From Lama guanicoe (lineage: Eukaryota), in the NCBI GenBank assembly GCA_013239625.1, contig MU053652.1:4081902-4145901 (forward strand): a stretch of DNA of 64,000 nt, written 5' to 3'. Of the stretch, positions 27,494 through 40,647 are shown one piece after another. Under the pieces are notes generated by a model. That model was not told the origin of the DNA. It worked only from the letters and a program-made list of their open reading frames with translations, and did no database searches. Every line of letters begins with the position of its first letter. Position 1 is the stretch's first letter. A program made the translations under genes and the position numbers.

Positions 27494-29349
27494 GGTAATA
27501 AAGAAAGAAAAATAAAGTAGAGGGAGATGCATAAGTATGAAGGTATGCAGACATCTTCCCATAGCCCAGATTAGAACTACAGCTAATCTGTAGTTTTTTA
27601 TTTATATTCAACTGGTTTTTATGTATTAAACTTTGTAGCCCAGCCTCAAAGTAAGACTGCTAATAAAAGGGGCTTAAAGTTACTATAATTCCAGCTTAAA
27701 ACTATCTGTAACCATTCAAATGTTATCAACAGGGTTTTGATTAGATAAACTGAGGTACATTCAAACAATGGAATATTATATATCTGTAAAAAGAGGAAGT
27801 TCTTTTGTACTCATACAGAAGGTTCACATTATGTGACCCTTTGGTTTAAGAAAGGGGAGATAACAATAAATATACAGATTATCTATACTTACATAAAGAA
27901 ACAATAAGAAATAACAACTAGGCCATGAAAAAAAAAAGTTCTGGCTACTTACATGTAAGTTCATTCTCAACCTGCTCAGTAAGAGACTTAAGACCATTAT
28001 AATGACACTTCTCATTCAAGTTTTGCTCTTTCCTAGCTTAAGGGTGAACTAGACCATCCAGTAATTTAGCATTAGTTGGCATAGTAGGGTCTGATGCTGA
28101 CTGACTTCCAAAGACTCCTCGGATCAGATAAGACATGACTTTTTCTCCATAACTGGATTAGATGAGTAACTGCCACACTCATTCTTTCTCTTCTCACAAT
28201 TATGTATCACCCTATGTTTACCTCCACTTACCCATAATCAATATTTACAATTTAAATTAACATCCTTACTATCTAAGTACTTACCTAGTGTCTGTGCCAC
28301 TGTTTCAGGCTTCAGCTGTTACTGTCTCTCCAGTTGAAACTGGAAATGCTTGTAAGTTATTGACCAGCTAGCTACAAGTATCTCTGCATGGTGCCTCCAG
28401 GGCATATTTAATTAGACACCCTGGAACTACTTTTTATGCCAATCCCCAAAGTGAAATCCTGTATAACCAAAAATCCTAAACTTTATGTCATAGCATAAAC
28501 CTTTAATTTTCCTAGGTTTTCTAGTCCTGAAAGACAATTCAGAATCTATTAATTCCAGTAGTGACAGTTTCCAACATGGAAACAGAGAAAAGGTTATTAG
28601 TCAGCTACATCTCTCAGCTGCTGGGAAAAATGACTAAGGACCAACACATATAGCTATAGGTAGCATATACTAATCTTATACTTAAAGAGACAGAGTGAGA
28701 GTCAAGACCAAGAATGTAAACACAATACTAATCTCTTCCCTCAACTTCTACCCTTTCTTCTAGACCTTCTCCACCCCTTCCCTTCCTCTAGGGAGGGAGG
28801 CTCAGGCAGCAGCAGGTTTAGGTTTACTCACAGCTAGCTTTATTTGATTTACGAGGCAACAGAAACACACAAAAAGTCAGGCCCAAAAGAGAGCTATTTG
28901 TTTATGATTGGCTCAAATTCTTTTCACCCAAGTAAAAAGACCCTTTAACAAAAAAGAACTGGTAGGAAGGAGAGGTGAAGGAGGATTTCTAGAGAAAGGC
29001 TAAAAGTGATGGGCGTGAGGAATTGCTGTGTTAATTCCTAGGTACGGTGCTTCTGGTTTCTGAATCCTGTTACTAGTGGCCCTGGTCCCAGATCTAGGGT
29101 ACAAGCTGAATAATGGTTACAATGTATTATTTAAAGATCTTTCATCTGTTCACATCTTTGGATCTCAGAATAACACTGCCCTTCCAACTTTCCAGTTTTT
29201 ACAAACTAGTGCCAAGAGGAAATTACAGGCAACATCAAGAGTGGATACGCCCAAACTCAGAAATACCTCCCTCTTTAGAAACAGAAGGGAAGAGGGAATG
29301 CTTATTTTTTTTAATCCACCCCACCCTGCGCTATGAAATGAATACCTTT

Positions 29350-30680
29350 AAAAAAAAAAAACTTCAACTATAAACGTTATTCATGTTCACTGTGGAAAAC
29401 AGTAACAAAAGAAGAGACAAAAATCAACCATAATTCGAACATTCAACTATTACCATTGCTGACATTTTAGAATGTATCCTTCTGGTAAATTTTTATAGGC
29501 AAAAAAAGACATCACGTTATACCCCTTTTTAATGTATTATTACATATTTCATGTGCATAAAATCATTAAATACTATAATTGAGAGCATGGATTTTGAAGT
29601 CAGACATAACTGGATCGCAGCTCTCTTTACTGAATGATTTTAGACAAGTTATTTAACCTCTGTCAATGCTTGAGTTTCGTTACATATAAAATGGAAATAG
29701 AAACTGCTTACCTCACAGGCATATTCTAATTATTAAATGACAACAGATAATAGGATAAATCCAGCATAGTAAACACTCAACAACATAATACATGTTGCAT
29801 AAATTTTGTACTTTACAACATTTTATTAAGTGGCCAGTACTCCACTGAATAAATGTATCCTAGTTTATATAAGTATAGTCATACAACACCACACTACAAG
29901 AAGCGGTTTACTGACCTTTTTTTTAATTTACCAGAGTACCCTGAAGGCCTTTCCATGACTGAATATGCATATTTACATCATTCTTTTTAAACAATGGACA
30001 ATATTGCATTAAATGAGTGTACTACGATTCATTTAATCATTCACCTGTTATTCTATTGTTTTCAATTTGTCATTATTACAAAAAATACTGCAGTAAAAAA
30101 AATTCGTGTACCAAGGCCTTTACAGATTATGTGAGTCTTTCTCTAGGATAAATACTAAAAAATGCAACTGGTGTGTCAGAGCATGAGCATTTCTAATTTT
30201 AATAGCGATTATCAAAGTGTCTTCCAAAGAGGATGTAAAAACGTTTCTTCTGTCATCTGGGTATGAATGTACCCATTTCTAATATCCTTGCCAAGACTAA
30301 ATGTTACTACTTCAAAAATTTCTTTCCAATATTATGGACAGAAGTAGTCTGTCAGTTTAATAAATATGTTTCTAATTACTAGTGAAGATGGGCATCTTTT
30401 CATATTTTTAAATGGGCATTTGTAATTTCTCATCTGTGTAATTCTAGTGTATAGCTCTTGCTCATCTTTGTATTGAATGTCTATTTCTTATTGCTTGGCA
30501 GAAATACTATATATAACATGGATATTCATTTTTATCATACATATTACAAACATTCCCTCCCAGTCTATGGCTTAATTTTCAACATTATTTATGGCATCAT
30601 TTTTTGTATATACATTTTTTTACTTGGATATTCAGAGTCTTCTTTAAGAACTAGTTTCCTACCCCCAAGAGACTGAACAT
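29350..30680 (-). mobile_element. Ancient L1 (L1ME-like) with nested MIR (~29575-29780)
   Basis: ttctctaggataaatact, ctaattactagtgaagatgggcatcttttcata; MIR core gacaagttatttaacctctg. Confidence 0.6.
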
Positions 30681-30982
30681 CCAAGTAAAAAATGTGTATA
30701 CTTCATTGATCCTACATAATTACTAAGAATTGTCCTCACTGAATTTCCCTGTTTGCTTTGCCTCTTCTCCAATTAACTAACATTATAAAGCTGAACTGTT
30801 AACTAGGGATGCCGAAAAACAGGTATACAGCAGTACAAGAAATGTTAAAGGAAGTTTTTTGGCACAAAGAACATGAAAAGATGGATCTACACAAAAATAT
30901 AAAGAGTACCAAAAATGGTAACTATGTGGATAAGTACAAGATTCTTTTTCCTAATTACTTATATCTCTAAAAACATTTACAG

Positions 30983-32870
30983 TCTGCACATCCTTGCTAA
31001 CACTTATTATCTCTTGTCTTCCTGACGACAGCAATTCTAACAGGTGTGAGATGATATCTCACTGTGCTTTCGATTTGTATTCCCCTGATGATTAGTGATG
31101 TTGAGCATCTTTTCATACCTGTTGGCTATTTGGATGTCTTACTTGGAAAAAAAAAGTCTATTTTGTTTCTCTGCCCATTTTAAAATCAAATTATTTGGTT
31201 TTCTTTGTTGTTAAGTTGTACACGTTCTTCATATATTTTGACTATTAACCCCTTATCCAATATACAGTTTGCAAGTATTTTCTCCCATTCTGTAGGCTTC
31301 CTTTTCATTTTGTTGATTGTTTCTTTTGCTGTCAGAAGTTTTTAAGTTTGATATAGTCCCAACTTATTGATTTTGGCTTTTATTGTTTGCGCTTTTGGTG
31401 CCATATCCAAAAAATAATTGTCAAGTCCAATGTCAAGGAGCTTCTTCCCTAAGTTTTCTTCTAGGAGTTTTATGATATCAGGTCTTATGTTTCAGTCTTT
31501 GATCTATTTTGAGTTAATTTTTGTGAGTGCTGTAAGATAAGAGTATAATGTCTTTTTTTTTTTCATGTATTTATTCAGTTTTCCCAGCATTTATTGAAGA
31601 GACTGTCCTTTTCTCATTGGGTGTTCTTCACTCCCTTGTCAAATATTAGTTGACTGTCGATGTGAGAGTTTAATTCTGGGCTGTCTATTCTGTTCCACTG
31701 GTCTGTGTGTCTATTTTTACAGCAATATCCTACAGTTTAAATTACTATAGCTTTGTACTATAGTTTGAAATTGGGAAGTGTGATGTCTCTGGCTCTATTC
31801 TTCTTTCTCATGACTGTTTTAGCTATTCAGGATCTTTTTGTGGTTCTATACAAATTTTAGGATTTTTTTTCTGTGAAAAATGCCATTGGAATTTTGATAG
31901 AGATTGTGTTGAATCCACAGATGGATTTGAGTAGTATGGACATTTTTTTAACAATACTAATTTGTCTGACCCATGAATATGAGATGTCTTTCCATTTATT
32001 TACATCTTCCTCAATTTCTTTCAACAAAGTCTTGTACAGTACTGGTGGGAATATAAATTGGTTTAGCCACTATGGAAAACAAGATGCAGTTTCCCCAAAA
32101 GATTAAAAATATAGCTACCATATATGATCCAGTAATTCCACTTCTGGATATACACCCAAAGGAAATCAAAATAGGATATCAAAGAGATACATGAAACCTC
32201 ATGTTTATTGCAGCATTACTTACAAAAGCCAAGATTTGAAAACAACCTAATTGTCTGTCAACAGATAAATGGATAATGAAGAGGTGTATATACATGTATA
32301 CAAAACAGAATATTATTCAGCCATGGAAAAGGAAATCCTGCCATTTGTGACAACATGAATGGATCTTGAGGACATTATGCTAAGTGAGATAAGTAAGACA
32401 GAGAACAATAAATACCATATGATATAACTTGTATGTGGAATCTTAAAAAAAAAACTCATAAAATTGGAGAATAAATGGTGATTACTAGCGGCTGAGGGGT
32501 GGGGGAATATGTGAGAGGTTGTTTAAGGGTATAAGCTTACAACTAGCAGATAAATAAGACCTGGAGATCTAATGTACACTACAGTAATTATAAACAATAA
32601 TACTGTATTATAAACATCAAACTTGCTAAGAGAGTAGATCTTAACTATTTCTATCACAAAAAGTAAATGATAATTATGTGATGTGAAACAGGTCTTAGCA
32701 TTAGAGTGAAATCACATTGCAATGTATAAATGTATCAAATCAACATTCTGTACACCTTGAACTTACATAATGTCATATGTCAAATATATTTCAATATAAA
32801 ATAAATACATATAACAAGATGTTTCTAGGAAAAAGCTTATAGCAAATAAATGAATAAAATAAAATAAAAA
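30983..32870 (+). mobile_element. L1 (L1MA-like) with 5' inversion: antisense 30983-32036, sense 32031-32870
   Basis: Antisense ORF2/3'UTR sequence switches at cttgta to sense ggtgggaatataaattgg...tacaccttgaacttac and an A-rich tail. Confidence 0.85.
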
Positions 32871-33411
32871 TGTACTGTTAAATTATAATATATGCAGAAA
32901 TAATGTATGATAGCAACAATACACAGGACGGGGGGGAGAAGTGGAAGTATACTATGATGAGATTGACACACTGTATGTGAAGTGCCACATCACATGAACA
33001 TAGTCTATGATAAGTTAAAGATGTGCACTATAAACCCTAAAACAACCACTAAAAAAGAGAAAAGAGAAAAGAAAAAGTTATAGGTAATAAGCCAGTTGGG
33101 GGATAAAACTAAATGATTAAAATATGCTTAATACAAAAGAAACAAGAAAAGGGAAGCAAAGGATAGATGGGAAAAAGAGAAAACATTTAGCAAAATGGCA
33201 GATTTACACCCAACCATATCAACAATAACATCAAATGTCAATGGTCTAAACACCCCAATTAAAAGGCAGAGATTATCAGACTGGATAAAAGCAAGACCCA
33301 CCTATATGCCATCTAAGTGCCACCTACAAGAAATATACTTAAATAAAGATACAGACTAAAAGAAAAAAGAATGGAAAAAATATACTTCATTAAAACAAAA
33401 GAAAGCTAAAA

Positions 33412-33981
33412 GACAACCCTTTATACATATCCTCAGGCAATTTCAAATCTGATGATGTGATGATGAGACACTCAATATTCACCAGCTCCCAACTTATTTA
33501 CTGTACTTAGTTCACTTCTGAGGATTAAAAAGCCTGAGTCATTAAAAATTACATGCCCCGTTTAAGCAGGTTTTCTGCATACTTTACTCAGAGAAAAACA
33601 CTGAATACATTTTCCCTTACATAAATTATGTCTTTTGTTTATGATTCATCAGCATTTAAACCTACGCTATTAAGTCGATGCCTCTCAGCTTCACATGCTA
33701 GTGGTGCATAATACCTGAGAACAGCAAACTTAAGTAATAAAGGCATTCAAGCACTATATCCCCCACCATTCCTCAGGCAATTATTCTTGGGGGAAAAATA
33801 TCTCAGAGTTGTAAATTCCTTTTATAAGCCTATGGATTTTAACCAGCTTTCATCAAATAGAGAAACTAGAACACCCCTCCCTGCCCCAGTAAATTTAACC
33901 AAATGATTGTCTCAAAATACTACTTTGCAGCTTAAAAAAAAAAGTGTGCATATTTTAAAAATTAAAATATAGCTTCTTTTT
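33412..33981 (+). other. Unidentified ~570-bp insert within L1 ORF2, probably retrotransposed
   Basis: L1 motif caaaagaaagct...tggctatattaatatca is split here; degenerate flanking direct repeats; ATTAAA at 33961 ~20 nt before an A-run. Confidence 0.6.
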
Positions 33982-35524
33982 AAAAAAAAGTTGAAATGGC
34001 TATATTAATATCAAATAAAATATATTTCAGAGTGAAAAATATTACCAGGAATAAATGATATCATTTCTCAATCACAAAGGAGTCAATTCATCAAGAGGAC
34101 ATAATCCTAAGTGATTTTCTATCTGACAACTAAGCTTCAAAATACATAAAACAAACACTGATAGAACTGCCAAGAGAAACAGGCAAATCTACAATTCTAG
34201 CTTGAGATTTCAATACCCTTAACTGACAGAACAAACAGAAGACCGGAAAGGATTATAGAAGACTTAAACAACACTGTCAACCAACTTGACCTAACTGACA
34301 TTTATCAAACACTCAACCCAACAGGAGCAGAAAATACATTCTTTTCAGGTACACACAGAACATATAACAACATATTCTGGGCCATAAAAACAAGTCTAAA
34401 TAAATTTAAAAGAATTCAGTTCAAACAATTTACGTCCTCCGACCACAATGAAATTAAACCAGAAAACAGCAACAGAAAGATGTCTGGAAAATCCCCCAAA
34501 CATTTGGAAATTAAATACAATACTTCTAAATAATCCATGAGTAAAACAAAAACACAAAAAAGAAATTAGAACGTATCTTAGGCTGACTGAAAACACAGCA
34601 TATCAAAATTTGTGGGATGCAGTGAAGCAGCACTTAGAAATTTATAACACTAAGCACTTCTATTACAAAAAAGAAAGGTCTCACGTCAAAAACCTCCATT
34701 TCCACCTTAAGAAACTAGAAAAAGAAGAGTGAATAAAACCCAAAGAAGAATGGAATAATAAAGATCAGAGTAGAAAGCAATAAAATAGAAACTAGAAACA
34801 AGTAACAGAAGATCACTGACACCAAACACTAGTACTTTGGAGATGAATGAAACAGATTAACCTTTAGTCAGATTGATGAGAAAAAAAAAAGAGAGAAGAG
34901 CCAAATAACAATATCAGGAACAAGAGAGGTGACATTACAATTCTACAGATATTAAAAGGGAAATAAGAAAAATATTATGAACAGTTTTTTCTAATGAATT
35001 CAATAAATGACTTGAAAGAGACAAAGCTCACTCAAGAAGAAACAGATAAATCTGAATAGCCCTTTATCTCTCAGAGAAATTGAATTTGTGGTTAGAAACC
35101 TCCCATCACCCTCCACCGCTCAAAAAAACCACCAGGCCCAGATGGTTTAATTGATAAATTCCACCAAATATTTAAAGAAAAAATAATACAAATTCTACGC
35201 AAACTCTACAGAGTCGTATAATAAGAGAAGATTACTTATAGATTAATATTTTTCACTAACACAGATCCAGATATTTTTAACAAAGTTTTAGAAAATCAAT
35301 TCCAACAGTATATAAAAAGAATAATACATCACAACCAAGTAGAGTTTATTCCATAATGGAAGATTGGTTTGGAATATGAAAATCACTTGATGTAATTGAC
35401 CGTATCAATAAACCAAAAGACAAAAACTATATGATCATCTCAATAGGTACAGAAAAAGCATTACATACAAGTCTATATGTACATATGCTTTCATTTTTTC
35501 TGGGTAGGTTTCTAAGAGCTCCTA

Positions 35525-35810
35525 GTGTAATTCTCTTCCATAAAGAATTATGGTAACAGGCAATTTTTGCTTGGGGACTCCACATCTGCCTAGCTGAGAT
35601 TTTCTCAACTGTGCTGTGGCCTGAGGTTCTTCCCACCCAATCCTTACTTCCCTGTCTTTCTTCACAGCTGTTGGACCTGGATCACATTCTGAAAGCCCTC
35701 CCTGCCTACTCCTGACTCTCTTCCCTTTATAGTTCACAGGTGCTTCCCCAATAAATCTTGCACCTCTATGCTGTCTTGACACCTGCCCCTTGGAGAATCT
35801 ACACTGAAAT
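35525..35810 (+). mobile_element. ERVL LTR fragment (LTR16-like)
   Basis: ggcctgaggttcttcccacccaatcc...cccaataaatcttgcacc...ccttggagaatc. Confidence 0.55.
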
Positions 35811-37378
35811 AGGGAACATAAACTAATCTAACTGAGGAAAGAATTAGCTACCTGTTTAAACTGGTCCTGATTTCACATTCTTCATACCCAACATTACGTT
35901 TAAAGCCACAACGTGGATGGCTTCTCTAGATAAGGAATTAGAAGCCATGGAGCCCACTTATGAGGGAAGAGATAGAAGTTTTTTTAATCTCAGTATGCTG
36001 TGGGCTCTTTTAGCTATTTCATCTGAACACTCAAATACATTTGCCTCAGGAAACAACGATGTCTCTAAGTGAATCACCAATTTTTCCTTGTCCTGTCTTG
36101 AACTGAGAAATCACTCAGAGATCTGGCTAGCAATGAAGGCAATTGCATTACTCTCTGGCATTTAAAATGTCCTGAACAACAAATATGTTATTAGCCCAAG
36201 GGTTCTTCATCCCAATCCCTAAGGAAAATCTCAAATCTCAACCCAAGTATAGATGTTATGCCATCCAGTGACAGGCAACATTCATTTAAATCGAATTTCA
36301 TCTGTATTTTTTTTCAAGTTTACATTTGGCTTACTTCTACCATTATTCTGTTCCAAAAAGGATAGTTTTATGAAATCTGCCAAAGTTTCTAAATTATTGA
36401 AACAAACTGAGAATGCATGAAGCCTATAAAGACCAGCGGTTTTACTTTAGAACCTCAAGAATCATGTTGCCCTGTGTATAGTGCTCGACCTACTGGGTGT
36501 GCCTAATAAATGTGAAACTAATCCTCCATGACCTGCCTTCTAGGATAAAAACTCTCTTTATTAGTATGACCAAAATATTCCACAGCAATTTTTCAAGGGA
36601 AATAGCTTCTTAAATCTTACATATTGACCTTAACAGCTTCATACTATAAAAAGTTCTGAGGGATGAAGGTAATACCATTACCCAAAAACTACATCAGGAC
36701 ATTCCTTTAAGAGAGGCATAAATTCTCCTGCCCTTAGTTTCACCTTCTTGCAAAGTTTCTTAGTCCAGGCTAAATAATTCCTCTCTTGCTCTAATGTTAA
36801 CAACCTTCAGATATGTGGGAGTGTCTCTCTTTCCTGGATTTTGTAGTTGCCAGAATTCAGTCAACCCGGCATGCTTAAAATCTTTAAATGATCTTCACAA
36901 ATTCATCTATTTATCCTTTTCAGCACTACAGTTGCTCTCAGGACGCACTACCTTCTGTTTCTATCATGCTGACACTGTGCTGAATGTAATACTCCCAAAG
37001 GGCTTCTGCCAACTCCCTATGCTGTGGCACAATTCTTCTTTGTTCACTGCCTATAATAGCACGAGCTTTTCTTTGATTGCCAGATCACATTTCAAGCCCA
37101 AACCAAGTTTGTTATCTGCCATTACTGTCAAGTGCTCTCTTGTCCCTCTGGGGTTTCTTTCCTTTTTTTTTTTCTTTGCTGTCCGATCTCTTGTATCTCC
37201 TCTTCAGCCTCTGAAACAAGAGTAGAATTGTGCACTGATGCTAATTTCCCAGGCAAATGAATATTGTTCATATTTTGGCCTGATATTAGTACTAGAAATC
37301 GCTTATTGATAATGTTCATAACTGAATTTCCCCCCTTGTCAAATTCCTACTTAAGATCTTTCTTTGTTAAATCTTCAC

Positions 37379-37568
37379 AATAGATAAACAAGTTTATACT
37401 ATATAGCACAGGGAACTACATTCGATCTTGTAATAGCTTACAGTGAAAAAGAATATGAAAACGAATATATGTAAATTCACGTATGACTGAAGCATTGTGC
37501 TGTACACCAGAAATTGACACAACATTGTAAACTGACTATACTTCAATAAAAAAAAAGTAAAAAGAAAA
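37379..37568 (+). mobile_element. Young 5'-truncated L1 3' end
   Basis: tatagcacagggaactacatt...ctgtacaccagaaattgacacaacattgtaaactgactatacttcaataaaa; TSD aaatcttcac at 37369-37378 and 37569-37578. Confidence 0.88.
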
Positions 37569-37669
37569 AAATCTTCACTCAAACCTATATCCTCCTTCTA
37601 GTAACTAAATATTTTAGTTAAAACAAAATATGTTGTATGCTCTCCATAGTTCTTTTAATCCAATAAACT

Positions 37670-38300
37670 TTCACTAAGTGCTTCCTAGATGCAGATGTTG
37701 TGGATAAAGATGAATAGACCACTTCTGCCCTCAAACAGTTCACAGCCTTGTTTGAAAGAAAGGCACGTAGAAAAATATTTATAACTCAGTGTAATAACAC
37801 AATAATGGAAGATTATACAAACTACAAAGGTCAGGAAAGGTGGTCACTTGAAAGTTGAATAGGAATCCATCAGACCCTGAAGGAGGAGAGGACATTCCAG
37901 TCAGAGAGAAATCTCAAAACAAAGGCAAAGAATGTTGAACAGTGTGGAATGCTTGGGAAACAACTAGCATGGTGTTACCGGAGCATAAAGGGCAGGAAGG
38001 GGGAAAATGTCAGGAGATGAAAGTAGGAAATTAGAAAAGAACTGAGGTAGTAGACCCTGAAATGCCTTGAAGCTCAAGCTGAGTTTGGACTTAATCACGT
38101 AAGCAATGAGCAGAGGTTAAAGAAATATAAAAAAGAAAGGCACATGACCAATGTTTTAGAAGAATCATGTAACATAAATGTAGAGAAGAAAATGGGAGGA
38201 GCGGGGACAGAGGCAAGAAAATCTATCAGGTGTCAGATGCAACAGTCGAGATAAGATGTTATGGGTTTCAAATTTGAAGATTTTCAGAAGGAAAAAAAAA
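37670..38300 (-). mobile_element. L2 fragment
   Basis: tgccctcaaacagttcacag, gaggacattccag, gagtttggacttaatc. Confidence 0.55.
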
Positions 38301-39113
38301 TCAAGAGGGCTATTCTCAACTTAACACTTACTGAGCCATCAGCTATGAGGAAGGTGCTATATTATATGACTCCCATATTCTGTCCCATTTAATGGTTACC
38401 ATAAGCTGTCAGGTAGATACTAGCATCTTAATCTAACACAGAAGAACGTGTGACTCAGAGAAAACAAATAAAGCTAAAAAATGTGACAAATAAACCAATC
38501 ACCAAAAAGAGTCAAATTTTACTAAATTTGTGCTGTGCTCTGTATGGTCCTCTGCGTCCTCTGCACAGTCACTGTGGCTTCTAGAACACTATTCCAGAGT
38601 ATAACCTTAATTTTATTTTCTCTACTTCAATTCATTTATTCAGCAAAAACAAGTTAGTACTTAGAATTTGCTAGCAGTACATAACATGAGTCAATGAGTT
38701 TACAATCTAGTAGAAGAAAGACATAATCACACAATAAAACCTATAATTAGAAACTAATAAAGAATCATAAAGTATAGGCTATTATGAAAGAGGAGAACTT
38801 AATTTAGTCTTGAGGCAAGGATATATAAGGGAAGGTCTCTGAGAAAGTGACGTCTGAGACCTGAAGGGAGTAAGGATAACCTGCAGGTGAAGCTGTTCTT
38901 CTCTAGCTCTCTCTGTGCTGTTACCTAGTCACTTCATCTCACTGGTGAAAACACCCAAAACTAGCTCATGATTCTGGGTCTTCAAATTTCACAGCATGAT
39001 ATATCTAATCAGATGCTTGGCCTCAATTCCTTTTTATCTTTTCCAATGACCATACGCCGGTAAACTTGTCAGTACCTATACCTTCTACACTGTAGGAATC
39101 TAAAATTTAAATA

Positions 39114-39261
39114 CCATATTTCATCAAATCTAAGATGCCATCAATTGGAAGACTCACCATTATTTCACATACCAATAAGAAAAAAATATTACCAATTAAA
39201 CTGACATTTCAACCCCAGAGATGTTAAAAAAAAAACAAACCCTAAAATCAATGAATTATGG
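39114..39261 (+). mobile_element. TcMar-Tc2 (Kanga/MER104-like) MITE
   Basis: TA-flanked inverted ends ccatattttcatcaaatct / aatcaatgaattatgg. Confidence 0.65.
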
Positions 39262-40090
39262 TATGTTAACTCTGATGGCAACTGCTAATCCTTTTTAAGA
39301 GTCTCTTACTCTGTTCTTTCCATGATTTCTCTTTGAGCTCAACTACACTTTTGGAAACTTGACCCTCTTATACTATCCAAATCTGTTAGCTCTTGCCTGT
39401 TAGCAAAAAATGAGACTGGAATTTAGAGACATGAATTTAGAGAGGCAGCAATTCTGTAATTTCATAGCACTGAGTTGCATAGGCACAGGCAGAAACAAAG
39501 GCAGACTACAGAAGTAATCCAGGAATGTGGGACTAGCAGAGGATAAGAGCCAAGGGAGCTGAAGGTACTTATAGGTGACTAACTGAAATGATCAATCATT
39601 TGTAACTATCAGGATTTATAACTCAAAGCAAAATGTAACAGACTGAGAACAAATACATGACTACAGATATCACTGAAACTGTCTGTAATGATCCACACTA
39701 GCCTGCCCATACGAAGTGGGCCATGTGCCCTAGCACCAATACCACATGTCCCTTACCAGAGCAAATAACTCATTATAATAATGGTTTATATTTTGAAATC
39801 ATTTTAGAATAATTCCATTATCTGAATGTTCCTGGCTTTTAAATTCACATAAAGAATCTTCTATATATACAATTATGTGCTAGAACATCCTTTAGAAAAA
39901 TCATTCTGGTGTTTTGGATTCAATATTATCTAAACTGTAGAAATACAACCAAACCAGGACAGATCAGATCCCACAGATGTGGATAAAGAATCAACTTCTG
40001 TATATACAGATTTGTGGACTTGTATACTATGTGGTTGATGGTAATGGTGAACAAGTATTATACCCTCCTGACAAGTCAATAAGAGCATGA

Positions 40091-40225
40091 TTCTTGTAGT
40101 AGCTGATGGTGAAAAAGAGTATGAAAATGAATATATCTATATTCATGTATGACTGAAGCATTGTGCTGTACACCAGAAATTGACACACCATTGTGAACTT
40201 ACTATACCTCAATTTAAAAAAAAAA
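40091..40225 (+). mobile_element. Young 5'-truncated L1 3' end
   Basis: Closely similar to 37379-37568; TSD aag(a/g)gcatga at 40081-40090 and 40226-40235. Confidence 0.85.
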
Positions 40226-40332
40226 AAGGGCATGAAAATGCTCCTAAAAGTTGGTTAACTCTCATCTAGACTATCACCTCCATGCGATGTGAGAACTTAT
40301 TGGTAAATTTTTTAATATGTCTGAATATAAAG

Positions 40333-40647
40333 CAGGGGTCAGCAATCTATGGACCACAGACCAAATTTGCCACATTGCCTATATTTGTATAGCTCACAAA
40401 CTAAGAATGGTTTCTACACTTAAAAATAATTTTTAAAAATCTTAAAATGAATAATATATCATGGCACATGGAAATTACATGACATTCAAACTTCAGTTTC
40501 CATAAACGAAGTTTTATTGGAATACAGTTGTCTATGATTACTTTTGTGCTACAACAGCAGAGCTGAGTAGTTGCAACAAGAACATGTAGGCTGCAAACCT
40601 TAAAATCCTTACTTCTAACACCTTACCAAGAAGTTTGCTGCCACCTA
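40333..40647 (+). mobile_element. MER58-like hAT-Charlie MITE
   Basis: caggggtcagcaatctatgg...gcagagctgagtagttgcaac...aagtttgctg. Confidence 0.8.

Larger units (their letters stand above)
30800..35470 (+). mobile_element. Old L1 (inter-ORF region and ORF2 remnants) hosting two later insertions
   Basis: aatgtcaatggtctaaacaccccaattaaaaggcagagattatcagactggataaaagcaagaccc; ccaggcccagatggttt; atgatcatctcaatagg; many stops and frameshifts. Confidence 0.85.

Noticed and set aside
36255..36275. Weaker CTCF-like sequence (also ~1746-1762)
   Set aside because: Mismatch or gap at core positions.
36794..37225. 143-aa plus ORF
   Set aside because: F/L/S-rich composition typical of pyrimidine-rich non-coding DNA; no recognisable domain.
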